A DNA stretch of 64,000 nucleotides from the human T2T-CHM13v2.0 reference genome, Homo sapiens. This document shows positions 44,340 to 56,810 of the stretch, piece by piece (the first letter of the stretch is position 1; every line of letters starts with the position of its first letter). The DNA is taken from NCBI RefSeq assembly GCF_009914755.1, contig NC_060930.1; one strand, 5' to 3'. The position numbers and the translations under genes are program-made. Under the pieces are notes generated by a model that had not been told where the DNA came from, searched no databases, and saw only the letters and a program-made list of their open reading frames with translations.

Positions 44340-44555
44340 TTCCGCTACAGGAAAAGCAGCCCCCCCCCCGAGGCAGAGAGGCGCGGCACTGCTATCTTCC
44401 TGGTTATCCCGTGGTAATGTGCGAATTGTGGGCCCCGAAGTGCAAACCCCGGCAGGGGGCGGGGCTGCAAGCTCCTCAGAGTTGGCTGCCTGCCTTCTTT
44501 TATTTATTTATTTATTCTTTCTACACACTGTTTTGCTGATACTTCACAGGTAGGT
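44340..44555. promoter_or_regulatory. Small CpG-enriched promoter/enhancer-like core with GC box
   Basis: About 9 CpGs in ~130 bp in an otherwise CpG-poor region; GGGGCGGGGC at 44456-44465; not recognised as a repeat. Confidence 0.5.
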
Positions 44556-44962
44556 GTTTCTTTTGCCCCCTCCCCTTCCTTTCCCAAGGGTTAGGGGGTC
44601 AGGGAAAGAAAAATCAAGTTACAAGTTAAGTGAAGGAAACCCTCAGAAGCCCACGTGTGGATCAATCCATGTTGATGGGACAAAAAGAAGAAAAACAGGG
44701 AATAAACTGACTTCTGAGCTCTAGTGAGTTCCAATCTATGCCACCCTCACTAAGCCTACACACATTATAAAATGAATCACCTTTTGGCTGCCTGATATTC
44801 ACTATTAGAAAGCCTGCACATCATCGTTAGAGCAAAGATCAAATCAGAAGAGAATCATCAATGGATGCAAAATTGAGGGGAGATTTCGATGCAAGGCAAG
44901 ACATTTGAATGGTCTTAAAGTGCCTCCCTACAGATTGCTTATTAGTTGTAAGGGGAAATACA

Positions 44963-45050
44963 GTATTAGGTTGGTGCAAAGGTAATTGCAGTTTTTCCCA
45001 TTTAAAATATGGAAAAAAAAATCACAATTACTTTTGCATCAACCTAATAA
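44963..45050 (+). ncRNA. MIR548AI: MADE1-derived miR-548 family hairpin; matches recalled pre-miR-548ai (mature AAAGGTAATTGCAGTTTTTCCC at 44978-44999)
   Basis: Near-perfect hairpin. The 22-mer equals the recalled miR-548ai/miR-570-5p mature sequence, and the loop and 3' arm fit my recollection of 548ai rather than 570. Confidence 0.75.
44966..45047. mobile_element. MADE1 (Hsmar1-derived MITE)
   Basis: TIRs ttaggttggtgcaaa / tttgcatcaacctaa with TA TSDs. Confidence 0.95.
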
Positions 45051-45539
45051 TTATATAATGGAGGACCCAGGAAACATTTTGACTAAGTGATCAAAATTAA
45101 CATCACCAATGAGGGGGAGATGCCCATCGTTCACCTCTGGATGTGTCCCATCAGCTACGGTGCATGTCAGCCAAGAACACATTCAGGTTAGCCAGAATCT
45201 AACCACGAGGAAGCATCTGACACAATGAGAGGTGTTTTATATATATATATAAAAAAAAATGGGGGCCTGTATTCTTCAAAAACGCCAATGTCAAAAAAGA
45301 CAAAGCCTGTGGAAATGCTCCAGATTAAAGGAGGCTAAAGAAACATGACAACTAATTGCAATACCTGACCCTAGACTGGATCCTGTATTGAGGAGTCAAA
45401 ATGCTACAAGGGCCACTAGTGAGCCAATTAGCAAAATTAAAATATGGACACTAGCCCATATAAAAAGTATTGTATCGATATTAAATTTCCTGAAGCTGAT
45501 AGTTGTACTATGATTACATAAGAAAATATCCCTGTACTA

Positions 45540-45859
45540 GGCCGAGCACAGTGGCTCACACCTCTAATCCCAGCACTTTGGCAGGCTGAGGTGGGTGGAT
45601 CACGAGGTCAGGAGTTCCAGACCAGCCTGGCCAAGATGGTGAAACTCCATCTTTACTAAAAATAAAACAATTAAAAAAAATTAGCTGGGTGTGGTGGCAG
45701 GTGCCTATAATCCCAGCTACTCGGGAGGCAGAGGCAGAGAATTGCTTGAACCCGGGAGGCGGAGGTTGCAGTGAGCCAAGACTGCACCACTGCACTCCAG
45801 CCTGGGCAACAGAGCAAGACTCCATCTCAAAAAAAAAAAAAAAGTTTAAAAAAAAAAAA
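45540..45859 (+). mobile_element. Alu (AluS)
   Basis: Dimeric Alu; TSD tatccctgtacta. Confidence 0.95.
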
Positions 45860-47709
45860 GTATCCCTGTACTAAGAATGTGCCCTGGAATATTTAGTGAT
45901 AAAGGACCATAATATACATGTAAATTACTTTTAAATGGCTCAGAAAAATAGTATGAGTATATATACATTTACATATATTGTATTATAGAGATATATGTAG
46001 ATATGAAGAGAGACCACAAATAATAAAACAAATTGGGTAAAATGTTAATAGGTAAATGTGGCTAAAGACTTTATGATGTACCTTGTTCTATTCTAATTCT
46101 TACAAGTTTTCTGCAAGATTGAAATTATTTCCAAACACAAAGTTTATCTAAAAAAAATTAAGCTTTCAAGTCAGTATTGCATCTTCCTTACTTATTTCAT
46201 TTAAATAAATGCTCAACTCAGAGGAAATTACACAGAGATGCACTGACACATTTTACCTAGTCACTTCCTTACTCTGAGTGTATCTGTTCTACCAGAACCA
46301 AGACATCCTGTACTCAAAATCCTCTCTAATCTCTAACCAATAATGGGGTATTGATGGCAGTCATGCACAAGACTGACAATTTTTCATGCATAAAAGAAAA
46401 CCAATAAAACAAAATTGCATGCTATCTTTTAAAGCCATGTACTCTTCAGCATTGGGATTCTGAAGAAATTTTACATTTGGAAATTTCCAATTATGGTAAT
46501 AGGTGTCTTACTCTGGTATTCAAACACAGAAATAAAGTATCTAAATCAATGGCATTCTGAACATATTCAGCCTAAGACATACAACATGGTTTGAAAAAGC
46601 ATGTATTGTAAGTTATGTTACCACTGCCCTATTGTTTAACTGAAAATGTTTTAATATTTCTTCATGGATAGCCTGCAAACATCCAAGCAGTGGGCAACTC
46701 AACCCAGACTCTCAGTTATGAGATCTGAATTAAAATCTTGCATTTCTATTTGATCTCTTTCTAATCCTATAACTTGATGAAGAGACTGACTTTCCAAAGT
46801 TGAGCCCAATTAGGCTAAGAGGAGCCAAGAATTGTCCCCACGAAGCACCCTCTTCTCACCAACATAGTAGCTTTTTTTCAGCTCTTTATTGTTGTTTAGA
46901 ATAGTGAAATTGGGTTAACCTATTACAAACATCTGAATTTATTAGCAACTTGAATGGCGAAAGGAAGAGCATCAAATAGAAAAAATATTTGCTTCAGGGA
47001 ACTCAGCAGTCCTGAAGTGTTTACTAGCACTCCTTGCCTTGGTGGGTCCTGACCACCAGTTATCTACCCAGACCTGTGAAAGACTGTTCTCATTTTCTTG
47101 CTTCTCAGCCGCCACTTTCTGCTCAGCCTCTCAGCCTCCCAGCTGCCACTTTTCAGTGAGCAAATGTCTGATGTTCAATGTCAGGTTCACCTCTCTGCAC
47201 TTCCCCTCTTTTCAGGATCTTGGTCATCTCCAGTTCTTGCTGCCACAGTTGTTCTTCAGTGCTTTCAGACAAATAGTTTTTAATATTTATCCAGCTGTTC
47301 TAGTTATTCTTACCAGGAGAGTTGGGCCAAAATAAAATATTCTGCCACAGCTGGACTGTCAATATAATTATTAAGTGGACAAAGTAGGACGTAAAACTTG
47401 GCCAGAGAGAAACTTGAACGTTGCTAATAAGAAAAAGAACCAAAGACAGGAAGGATTTGGCTTTTATATTAATAGACATGGAAGCAAACAAACTTATCAT
47501 GAAGACTTGCGTGAATGTTGCCCATTATTCAGCAAGTGACCATGGAGCTTCCTTCCTCACACTTTCCTTTGTCTAAAAACTGGGTGATGCTTTTTGCCCC
47601 TATTTAACTTTGCACACTCACGGAGAGAAAAACAACTTCAGTGAGTTAAAGTGGTTTTCCTAGCTGCACTACATGAATAATATAAATAGACAATTCATAG
47701 TACAGGAGG

Positions 47710-47900
47710 TTATGACAGCATTTATTGAGCACTTACTACATGCCAGACACTGTGGAAACACTACACATTTAATCCTTATCAGAACCCTTGAAGTAGGCAC
47801 CATTATTTCCATTTTACAAGGGAAGCAATTGAGAAAGTAATTTGCCCAAAGTTACACAGCTATTAAGTGGCAGAAATAGGATACCAACCCAAGCAGTCAA
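47710..47900 (-). mobile_element. MIR SINE
   Basis: 'catttattgagcacttactacatgccagac...tttgcccaaagttacacagct'. Confidence 0.75.
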
Positions 47901-48469
47901 TGGTGGGTTTGATGGCGTTTGCACACTACAGAGCACTCTTTAAAGATGGCCTCTACATGGCTGGGTAGCTGGGAGTCAAAGAAGCAGAGAGGAGCACAAC
48001 TTGCTTCTTGTGAAGGTGGAATACTATATATTTTGGTCTGTGTCAACCAGTCCCCTTCCCTGTGTATGGTGTTTCGCCACAGCTTCCAGTTGCTGCAGGC
48101 TCCAGCCCCATGGTCATGGCCTCTCTATTCAACCTTCCGAAAACAAGGAAGGCACTGACATTTGAGTCCTTCCTTATGCCAGATGCAGGGATTGGCCCTT
48201 CACAGCCTTCATCTCATTTAATCATCGCAGCCTCCATCTCATTTAATCATCACAGCCTCCCTGTGACGTTGGCTTTATTATCCCTATTTAATGGTTGAGG
48301 AACTACCAAACAGTTCAGTAGCTTGCTTTTGTTTGTCCCCAGAGCCCATAATCTTTTCACGAAATTGTGTGATTCCACTCTCAATCTGAAAGACAAATGC
48401 TGTAGGTTAGATTTCACCAAGAAGCATTTCTGAGATGCTCTAAAATCAGTATCTTTAAAAAACAAACAA

Positions 48470-48806
<337 letters not shown>

Positions 48807-48870
48807 TCATGGTAAAGCCCTCTTTAAGAGATTTTCTTTTGCAAACTAAAATCTTCTTTAAAAAATTATG

Positions 48871-49164
<294 letters not shown>

Positions 49165-49829
49165 TTATGAATCTTACCAAATTCAGAGTATTTTAACCTC
49201 AAATTTTCCTAAAAAGAAACTTTATTTCTATTTCTACAAACAACAGAAAACCAAAGATTGGTATAAGACATGATACATCATAGTGGCTAAAAGAATGCAA
49301 AATTTAAGAAATGTGGAATCTGAATTCTCCTGTATATGGGGCATGAAACCCTCTTTTCTCCCCAGTTCCCGGAGTGGGCCCTAGGAAAAGGTGGCTGCTG
49401 TGAAGTGTGAACAGGCAGCTTATATTGGCTCTGCAGAGCCAGGGCAGAGTCAGGGCCTCCCCACCAGGAGGTTAAGAGGAGCTTGAACGATGTTAAGAAA
49501 AGGGAATTACACAATTTCTTTTCATGCCTGATTACAAGAAATAATGTCTGGGGACTTTTTGGCAAGAAAAATTAAAAATCTTCTACGTTTCATGGGTTAG
49601 TGAAAAGAATACTAATTTTCAACCAAGTTAAGGAGGACTCAAGGGCTGGCTCTACCTCTTACAAGCTGTGTGACTTTGAACGATTTGCTTAACTTCTCTA
49701 AGCTACCATTTCTTCACTGATATTTCCGTCACTTGAGGATACTTTAACAATGCAGGTGAAAGAGCCAGGGAACCACCATGCCCTCCCTTTCTTGTCTAAC
49801 CTCTCAGGATAGGGACCCTAGGGGCCCTA

Positions 49830-49965
49830 AGACAGCAGTTCGGAAACTCGAGTATACCAAGAATCACCAGGGACACTGAAAAACAGCATTCCCTTGTTTT
49901 GATGCAGTAGGTCAGCAGTGAGACCACAGGCCAGATGCCTCAGACCCCACTTGGAGGAGCACTGC
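49830..49965. mobile_element. MER5-like DNA transposon fragment
   Basis: 'cagcagttcggaaactcgag...agaatcaccaggg...cagaccccacttggaggagcactg'. Confidence 0.55.
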
Positions 49966-52362
49966 ACAAGGCCTTTCTAACATCACCCATGCTGGGCCTG
50001 AAACCACACTTGAATTGTATGTCTGTAAATTAAATATACGAACCAACATTTTCTCCTTTCCTTACATATATTCACATTGATCAGGGCACCTAGTAGACCC
50101 TGCTTGCTTCATTGCAGAGTGTTTCATGTGACATTCGGGCACTCAGGGTGTACTGCCAGTTCCACAGCACCCTCCTTGTCTGGCCAGATTTATGCTGCCA
50201 CCAGCTGCTTCCAAAAACCTAAATCACGCCTTAGACAGTCTGCGTAGAGGGGACCTTGAGGCAGAAAAAGTTAAGTGGGAAGTGGAATGACTCCATGACA
50301 GTTAAAGTCCTTTGAAATGACTTTCACTTCTCCTGAGTATTTTAAAGAAATATTATTACCCACCCCAATGCCTGTGAAGTTTTGCTGATATTGCTATTTA
50401 GGAAATATACATAGAGATAGTAGTGAAAACCTAAGGTTATCTGTATCATCAAATTTCACAAATGGAACCTATGGTTCATTTTAGCCTGAGATTTTTTTTA
50501 TTGTTGTTTATTTGCTTAATGAAAACAGCCCAGTAAGTTAACATATTCAACCTCAGTTACTTACTCTTTCTTCCATTTCCTCCTAACTGATGAGAATGAA
50601 AATAAACCGTAGTAAATCCACTACACGCACAGAAAGATGAGGAAGAGGAAGAGGAGAGTCAGGGAGTGACTGTCGAGAGTATGGATTCCTCCTTATTACA
50701 AAGGCAGCATTACAGGGTGTTTCTGTGCATGCAGCTGCAGACCAGTTTCAGATCCTACTTATATTTCCAGATCCTCATCTTCATGGGGGGTTAAATCACT
50801 ACATCAAAGCCAGCCACACAAACTGGAAGGGAACCATTTAAATCTTGGCTGCAGATGCGATCACTCCAGCCACTCACTTGTCAACTATTGAACAATGCAC
50901 TGAAATTGTTGGTTGTTCTAAGTTAACTCCATCCGATCTATTGGTCAAGTGGTCAGCTGCTATATAACGATTAACCTGATTTATAATCAGTGTCTATGAC
51001 AAGGAAATTTAGTGGTCATGACAATGAAAAAAAATCAGCCCTTGATTAAGACTCACTTTAGTCACATGTATATAAAGCCCTTCTCATAGTAACTAAGAAT
51101 TTCTCTTCCTCTCTCATTCTCCCTCTTCCTTCTCCCTCCCTCTTCTCTTTTCCTCTCTCTCATATTCACACATGCTGCTTTCTAAGAGAAATTCCTCTTG
51201 TTCCAAAATACTAAAATCAACACCAATGGCTTCTCTTTTGTTCAGCCCCAGTGCCTTCTCATACCCATTCCTGAAATAATATCCTAAAGCAATCACTTGT
51301 TGCTGCAGGAAAAAGGCATAGCATTAAAAAGAATATAAAATGAGGTCTGTGCATTCTCTGAAAATTTCAGATGCGGCTGAACTAAGCCAACTCCGTATCT
51401 TAGTCAAGCACAGAGCTCCCCCTAATGCTGGCCCATGAGGGGAAAAGAACAGAACGAGAGCCAGAAGTTTTACATTGGCCTATATTTCCACAGACAGAAA
51501 ATAAGCCACTTGTCAAGTGCTAATTGTGCTCAAGATAATAACACCCTCCTTGTACCTTCTTGCCTGCCACCCACAATTTCCCCTACCATCCCCAACAGCC
51601 TTTGTGTTAGAATCCCACATGTCAAGGTCACCTGTTGGAACTCCCATGTCTCCCACTAAGGCCCATGCCTGTAGCACAGAGAGTCTTTCATACTGAACCT
51701 GGCTCAGATAGCATCTCCTCATCATAAGTGCCAGACGGTCACGGTGGACTCTCGGGACCTGTTTGAGAAATTATATTTTTGGTCCTGAATTAAAGGATTG
51801 CATTTCTCCGGAAGGCCAGCTGTTGGCTGACTCCAGTGCCAAGAAGACGCTCTTCGAAGTGTGTTCCTGTGTTTCTTTACATCGTTGCTAATCCTCTGGC
51901 TGAGGATCAGCCAGCAAGTCTCACTAGGGGCTTGTTTACTGACTGATAGGGCAGGACCCTGGTGTCTGCTCTGTTCAGGAGTACCTCGAAAACCAAAGAA
52001 TACACAGAGTTCTTCAAACAAGGGCAACTTCCACATCAAAGGGAAGCGAGTGTCATTTACTAAAGCCGACAGAGGCCTCCCGGTCATTCAGGGTCTTAGA
52101 ATAAATGAGATGTGGCTCCCATCCACCCTTCCTCTGCCCTCATCCTATTTCAAATTTGACTCCAGTCAGGACTATAGGACCTGGTCCTGCCCCCGGCCCC
52201 ATATCCCACACCCTGGGTATTGGGTCTTAGCCACAGACCACTCCTCCATCCCAGCCCTCCATCAGAACAGTCTCCTGCTCCGGGACCTGCCATCAGGATA
52301 CAACATGACTAATGAGCTTGATTCCAAGGTGGCAAATTGAAGGCTGACAAGTCCAGCCAAAT

Positions 52363-52640
52363 CAGGGTGGCCAGATAGATTTTTTTTTAAGACCATGCAG
52401 TGTTTCCAAAAACTCTGAATGAATTATTAACATTTTAGATCGGGATCTTTCATATATTCATCTTTTTTAAAATGAGAGAAACTGGCTGCCAGGACTGCAG
52501 TCCCTTGCACTCATGGGGGGCTGAGACACTGCTGGCCCCCAGAGGAGGCTGGGGCTCCCCACTCCCGTCCAGCCCTTCCCAGTCAGCGGCCCTATGCAAG
52601 CCACTGGCCTGGCCCCCGAGACACTGTGTTTGCAACCATG
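52363..52640. mobile_element. MER102-like hAT element
   Basis: 'cagggtggccagatag...aacattttagatcgggatctttcata...gaaactggc'. Confidence 0.45.
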
Positions 52641-53385
52641 AATTAATCAGATATATAACACATTAACACAGATTAGTTTATTTGGCACCTCTCCCAGGTA
52701 ACATCTTAAGCCAGTTAAAATGCCTGTCTACAGAAGATTCCTAAGAAGTGATTCTAATGAAGTCTGATAATAGAAAGGTCAATAGGGGAAAATATTCCAG
52801 CTTCCAAAGCCTTTTCAGCATCCCTCTTCATTTCTCAGTGGCAGTTGGTTGCTTGCCACATTTTTAACATAGGGCCCATTTTGTGCTATCTGGTTGATTT
52901 GTTCAAATTAGTTCCACTTGAGAACTAAAAACAGAGACTATAGAGTAACCTTCAATCCTTTCTGAAACAAAGCAGGCGATGCATAAACAAATTCAAAAAT
53001 TTTGAAATGGACCTGAAAATAAACTCAGGCCCAGGGCCTAAAAGAAATTATGATATTTTATGTATGTCTTTACTGTTTTCTTCTTCTTCTGATTGGTTTT
53101 TAAGAGAATCTGTATTCATAAGATAACTCAAAGATGTTGTCTTCAGGCAAATGCTGTGTTGTTTTCAGTTAAGAAAAAAACATCTGGGAGGGCCAGGAGT
53201 TATTAGAATGTCAATCACTGAGTTCAGAGTGCAGGCGTGCAGGCAGCCAATGTAAAAATTTCAGGGTAAGTAGAACTTGGAAAATTATTTTGAAAGAGAA
53301 ACTGTGAGACTACTGTTTTATGTTTTGCTTTTTAAAATAAGAGTTGAGTTGGGTGGATTTATTTACTCAGCTAATAGAAAGAGAC

Positions 53386-53418
53386 ATAAATATAGATATA
53401 GATATATAGATATAGATA
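53386..53418. repeat. (ATATAG)n short tandem repeat
   Basis: About 5 copies, seen directly. Confidence 0.85.
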
Positions 53419-55269
53419 TTACGGTGTAAAGTAAGTACAAGTTGTAGATCAGAATGTAAATGCTCTGAGGACACAATCTACCCACTTTTATTGCCTCCCC
53501 ATAAGTCTCCAGCCCAGAACTCTACACACCAGGAGCTCTGTTAAATACTTGTTGACTGACTGTGTACGTGAAGTCGCGCTTCTTAGCCTATTATACCATA
53601 ACTTGTCCTATTTTACCTGAAGGACTTTTCCAATTAGAATGTTATAATCGGAAGTTAATCAAGCAGAACATTCATAATACTGTAATTTTAACAGGAAAAA
53701 ATATATTTATTCTAGATATTAGGTTTTTTAGTCTCTCTACCTTTTATAGCTCAATAGCATTGAGATTTTAAAATTAAAGACAAAATTTTAAAACATAATT
53801 ATAAAAATGCTATAGAATATTTTTCATAAAAGTTATTTAAAAGGCATTCTTGATTGTTTAAAATGATCTGTCTTTGAATCCTCAACTTGGGTAAAAGCTT
53901 CATTGATTCAAACCCTCAATATACCAGATTTTTTTTGTAATTGTATCCAAAATAAGCAACAACAACACAAAATTGTTTATTGGAAATGTAATTTTTAAAA
54001 GGATGACTAATTCAATTTTTATACCTTCCACAGATAGCTACAGGACTACATAAAGAACATTCATGATCATAACAGAGACCTTAAAGCATAGAAAGAATAA
54101 AATCTTAGGCAACACCAGAAACTTACAGATTACCTATTCTAGCACCTGTATTTAATGGTGGAGAAAGCCTGGACAGAGAAAGATGAAGTGAATTGTCTGA
54201 AAAGTTACACCTCTTCTTAGAAGCAAAACCAGAGATAATTTCTGGTCTGGTGTGTTCCCGGCATCCCAGGTAACGATTCCTTAATTAGCAAGTGAAGATT
54301 CAACCAGGTTGAATATTCTGCATTAAATTAATGTGACCAGGAGAGCTAATAAAGCAAACATTCTGCCCATCCCCCCACCCAATGAATTCTAGTCCTTTAA
54401 GTCCTTCTTATAATAAGAATGTATTGACTGCACCCACTGGCCTTTTGGAAACATAAGCACTTGTTTATTTGGTTGGTGTTTATTGCTACATTTACTAGCA
54501 TGTGCATGGCCCAGATTAGGAGCTGAAAGAATAATGAAAGAAATGGAAATTTTCTCCCCACACCTCCAGAAGCATTCACTCTCTCAGAGAAGAGAAGATG
54601 TAAATGTGTAAAATAGTTAACAGACTGTGCAAAGAATCACATCAGATTATTGGTAGGGCAAAGAGCAAGGCTGAATATGAATAGGAGGCATCACAAGATG
54701 CCCTTTAGAGAAGATGATGCCTGAACTAGGTTCAGTTAAAGGGTAAAGGGGAGGAAAAGAGAGGGGAAGAGATGGAAAGAGAGGGGAAAGGGAGTGAGGG
54801 GAAGAGAAATCAGGCCTTCAAAAGACACCCCGCTGCAGTAAAATATCTTTTGCTAATCTGCTTTTTCCTTAAATTCATTGCATAAACAATGGCAGGTTAT
54901 TGAAAGAACTAAAAATTACCCCCTAAACTTGAACCCTGGCAGTTCCTGGCACTCATAGCTCTCTTCCTTCCTATGCGTGTCCAAGAAAGCTGCATCTTTT
55001 TACACCATGCCCCTGTATTATTACACTTCAGTTGGGGTACAGAACTAGAGTAAACTCCAGCAGTGTGTTTGTGGTAAAATTTAGTCCCCAGATCCAAATT
55101 AATGTCCTTGCTTATAGACAAATGCTCCATGCCCTTGGTGGAGGGAGGGCTGATTTGCAGAGCATCACCTCCTCTGGAATGCTTCATTGATCCCTCTGCA
55201 CAAGTCCAGGACCTGTCACCTCCACTTTGCCGTCAGGACAACTTTGAGCCAGCTCCTCAGACCCTAGCA

Positions 55270-55495
55270 AAGGAAATTAGCCACCACTTAGTGATATATG
55301 ACCACATGACAGGCCACTGTATATACGCAAGCTCACTTAATCCTCAAAGCAGCACTACAAGGTGGATATCAGCATCCTTGTTTATCACCTACAGGAACAA
55401 AGACTTTTATAGCTTCAACATGTCCAGGGTTGCAACAGAAGTTAGTGTTGGCTGGAATATGAGGTCAGGTGGGCTGGGCACCAAAGCTGGTGATT
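55270..55495 (-). mobile_element. MIR SINE
   Basis: 'ctcacttaatcctcaaagcagcactacaagg...tgtccagggttgcaacag...ccaaagctg'. Confidence 0.55.
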
Positions 55496-56654
55496 TATGC
55501 AAACATCTCTGCCTCCCTGGGGAATCACTCAGGATAACAATGAAGCAAGACACAGGACATATTTTTTTGTTGTTGGCACTCCAGCTCTTCGCTAAACCTA
55601 ATGGGGGTTGGTGTCGATGAGCGACTAATTCAGGATGAGAGATTTCTGCTGATTACAGGGTGATAGCTGGACCCAGATGAAGCCTGGCAAACTGTGAGCT
55701 CTGAAGGTGAAGACCAAGTGGTGATTCTATCCCCACCCACTCAGGACAGAGCCTTCCTTGCCCATCAATCATCCTCAATAGTTATTTTAGGATGACGAAC
55801 TTTCTCCCAAAATTTGCTTCATGTTCTATTTATTTTATCCATCCTTTTCACTTTCTTATTTTTATTTTTTCTAGAATAGTACAAGTTGGTGGTAACTTAT
55901 GACTTAAAGACCACTGTCAGAAAGGCTCCTATTTGGCAATGTGTATGTGGTAAACAAGTGTCCAGTAATTCCTGGTACAGTAAAGGCCTATGATGGAATG
56001 AGGGACACCTCTGGTCATTTGTAAAGCCTGGTCTAAACAAAATGTTCTTTCTTTCCTTGGCATGGATCTTTGAATTTGATATGGATTCTGGTTCAATATT
56101 TCTTGGCCATGCCAAATAATCACCAGGCAGGCCAATGGGCACCAGAATATGTCCTGATATTAGATCAGCAATGTCCTAGATTAGGGGAGACTGTCATCAC
56201 AACAGAATTTTGCTTATTCTACAAACTTTTAGATTGTCTTTTCTCCAAAATTCATCACAAACAAATGAAAATCCAACTATCGTATAAGGAGTAACAGCAA
56301 TATTCTATCTGATTAAAATATAATGATTTAAAATGATGGCAAACTATTTACAGCTTGACTTCCCATACAGACATACATGAAAAAATTAACAAAAGCCATA
56401 ATACTAAATTTTGGCCCTAAACTGTGTTCCCTTTAATGTTGCTAATAATCTGCTCATAAAATCTCTGAAGACAGAGACCCCATGTAGAAGCCATTACTGC
56501 TATTTCAAATACAACCTGTAATAAAGTTAATCGGGCACACATTTAACAATACACATGTGGTAATTGTTATGGCACTGCATAGTAACTAGACATTAAGACT
56601 AAATGGTTCACATAAATTATAGAAAAATAGAAAAGTCACATTATCCCTTTCTCT

Positions 56655-56810
56655 ATACCACTGGTCCCCAGATGCCTATCTGTGGACCACCTGTATTCAC
56701 ATCATCTGGAGGGCTTTTTGAAATTATAAATTCCTGCCCCCTCCCCAACAAGAGTAAGATTCAGTAGATCTGGTATATGAGGAAGTTTTGCACCACACCA
56801 AGATTCTCAA
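56655..56810. mobile_element. MER5A/B-like fragment
   Basis: 'catcatctggagggctttttgaaa...attcctgcccc...gattcagtagatctgg'. Confidence 0.55.

Larger units (their letters stand above)
44860..46150 (+). mobile_element. Old L1 (L1MC/ME-like) 3' region hosting the MADE1 and an Alu
   Basis: 'ccagattaaaggaggctaaagaaacatgacaactaa...actggatcctg' and 'tgaaattatttccaaa...aagttt'. Confidence 0.65.

Noticed and set aside
50186-50290. snoRNA or miRNA interpretation of the paralogous pair
   Set aside because: No C/D or H/ACA boxes shared by both copies, no long hairpin and no recognised mature miRNA.
51722-52340. Overlapping 159-aa (+) and 121-aa (-) ORFs
   Set aside because: No recognisable homology, and the + ORF has a non-ATG start.
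55102-55620. 172-aa ORF (+)
   Set aside because: Overlaps a MIR remnant, has no recognisable domain or splice context, and is consistent with a chance ORF.
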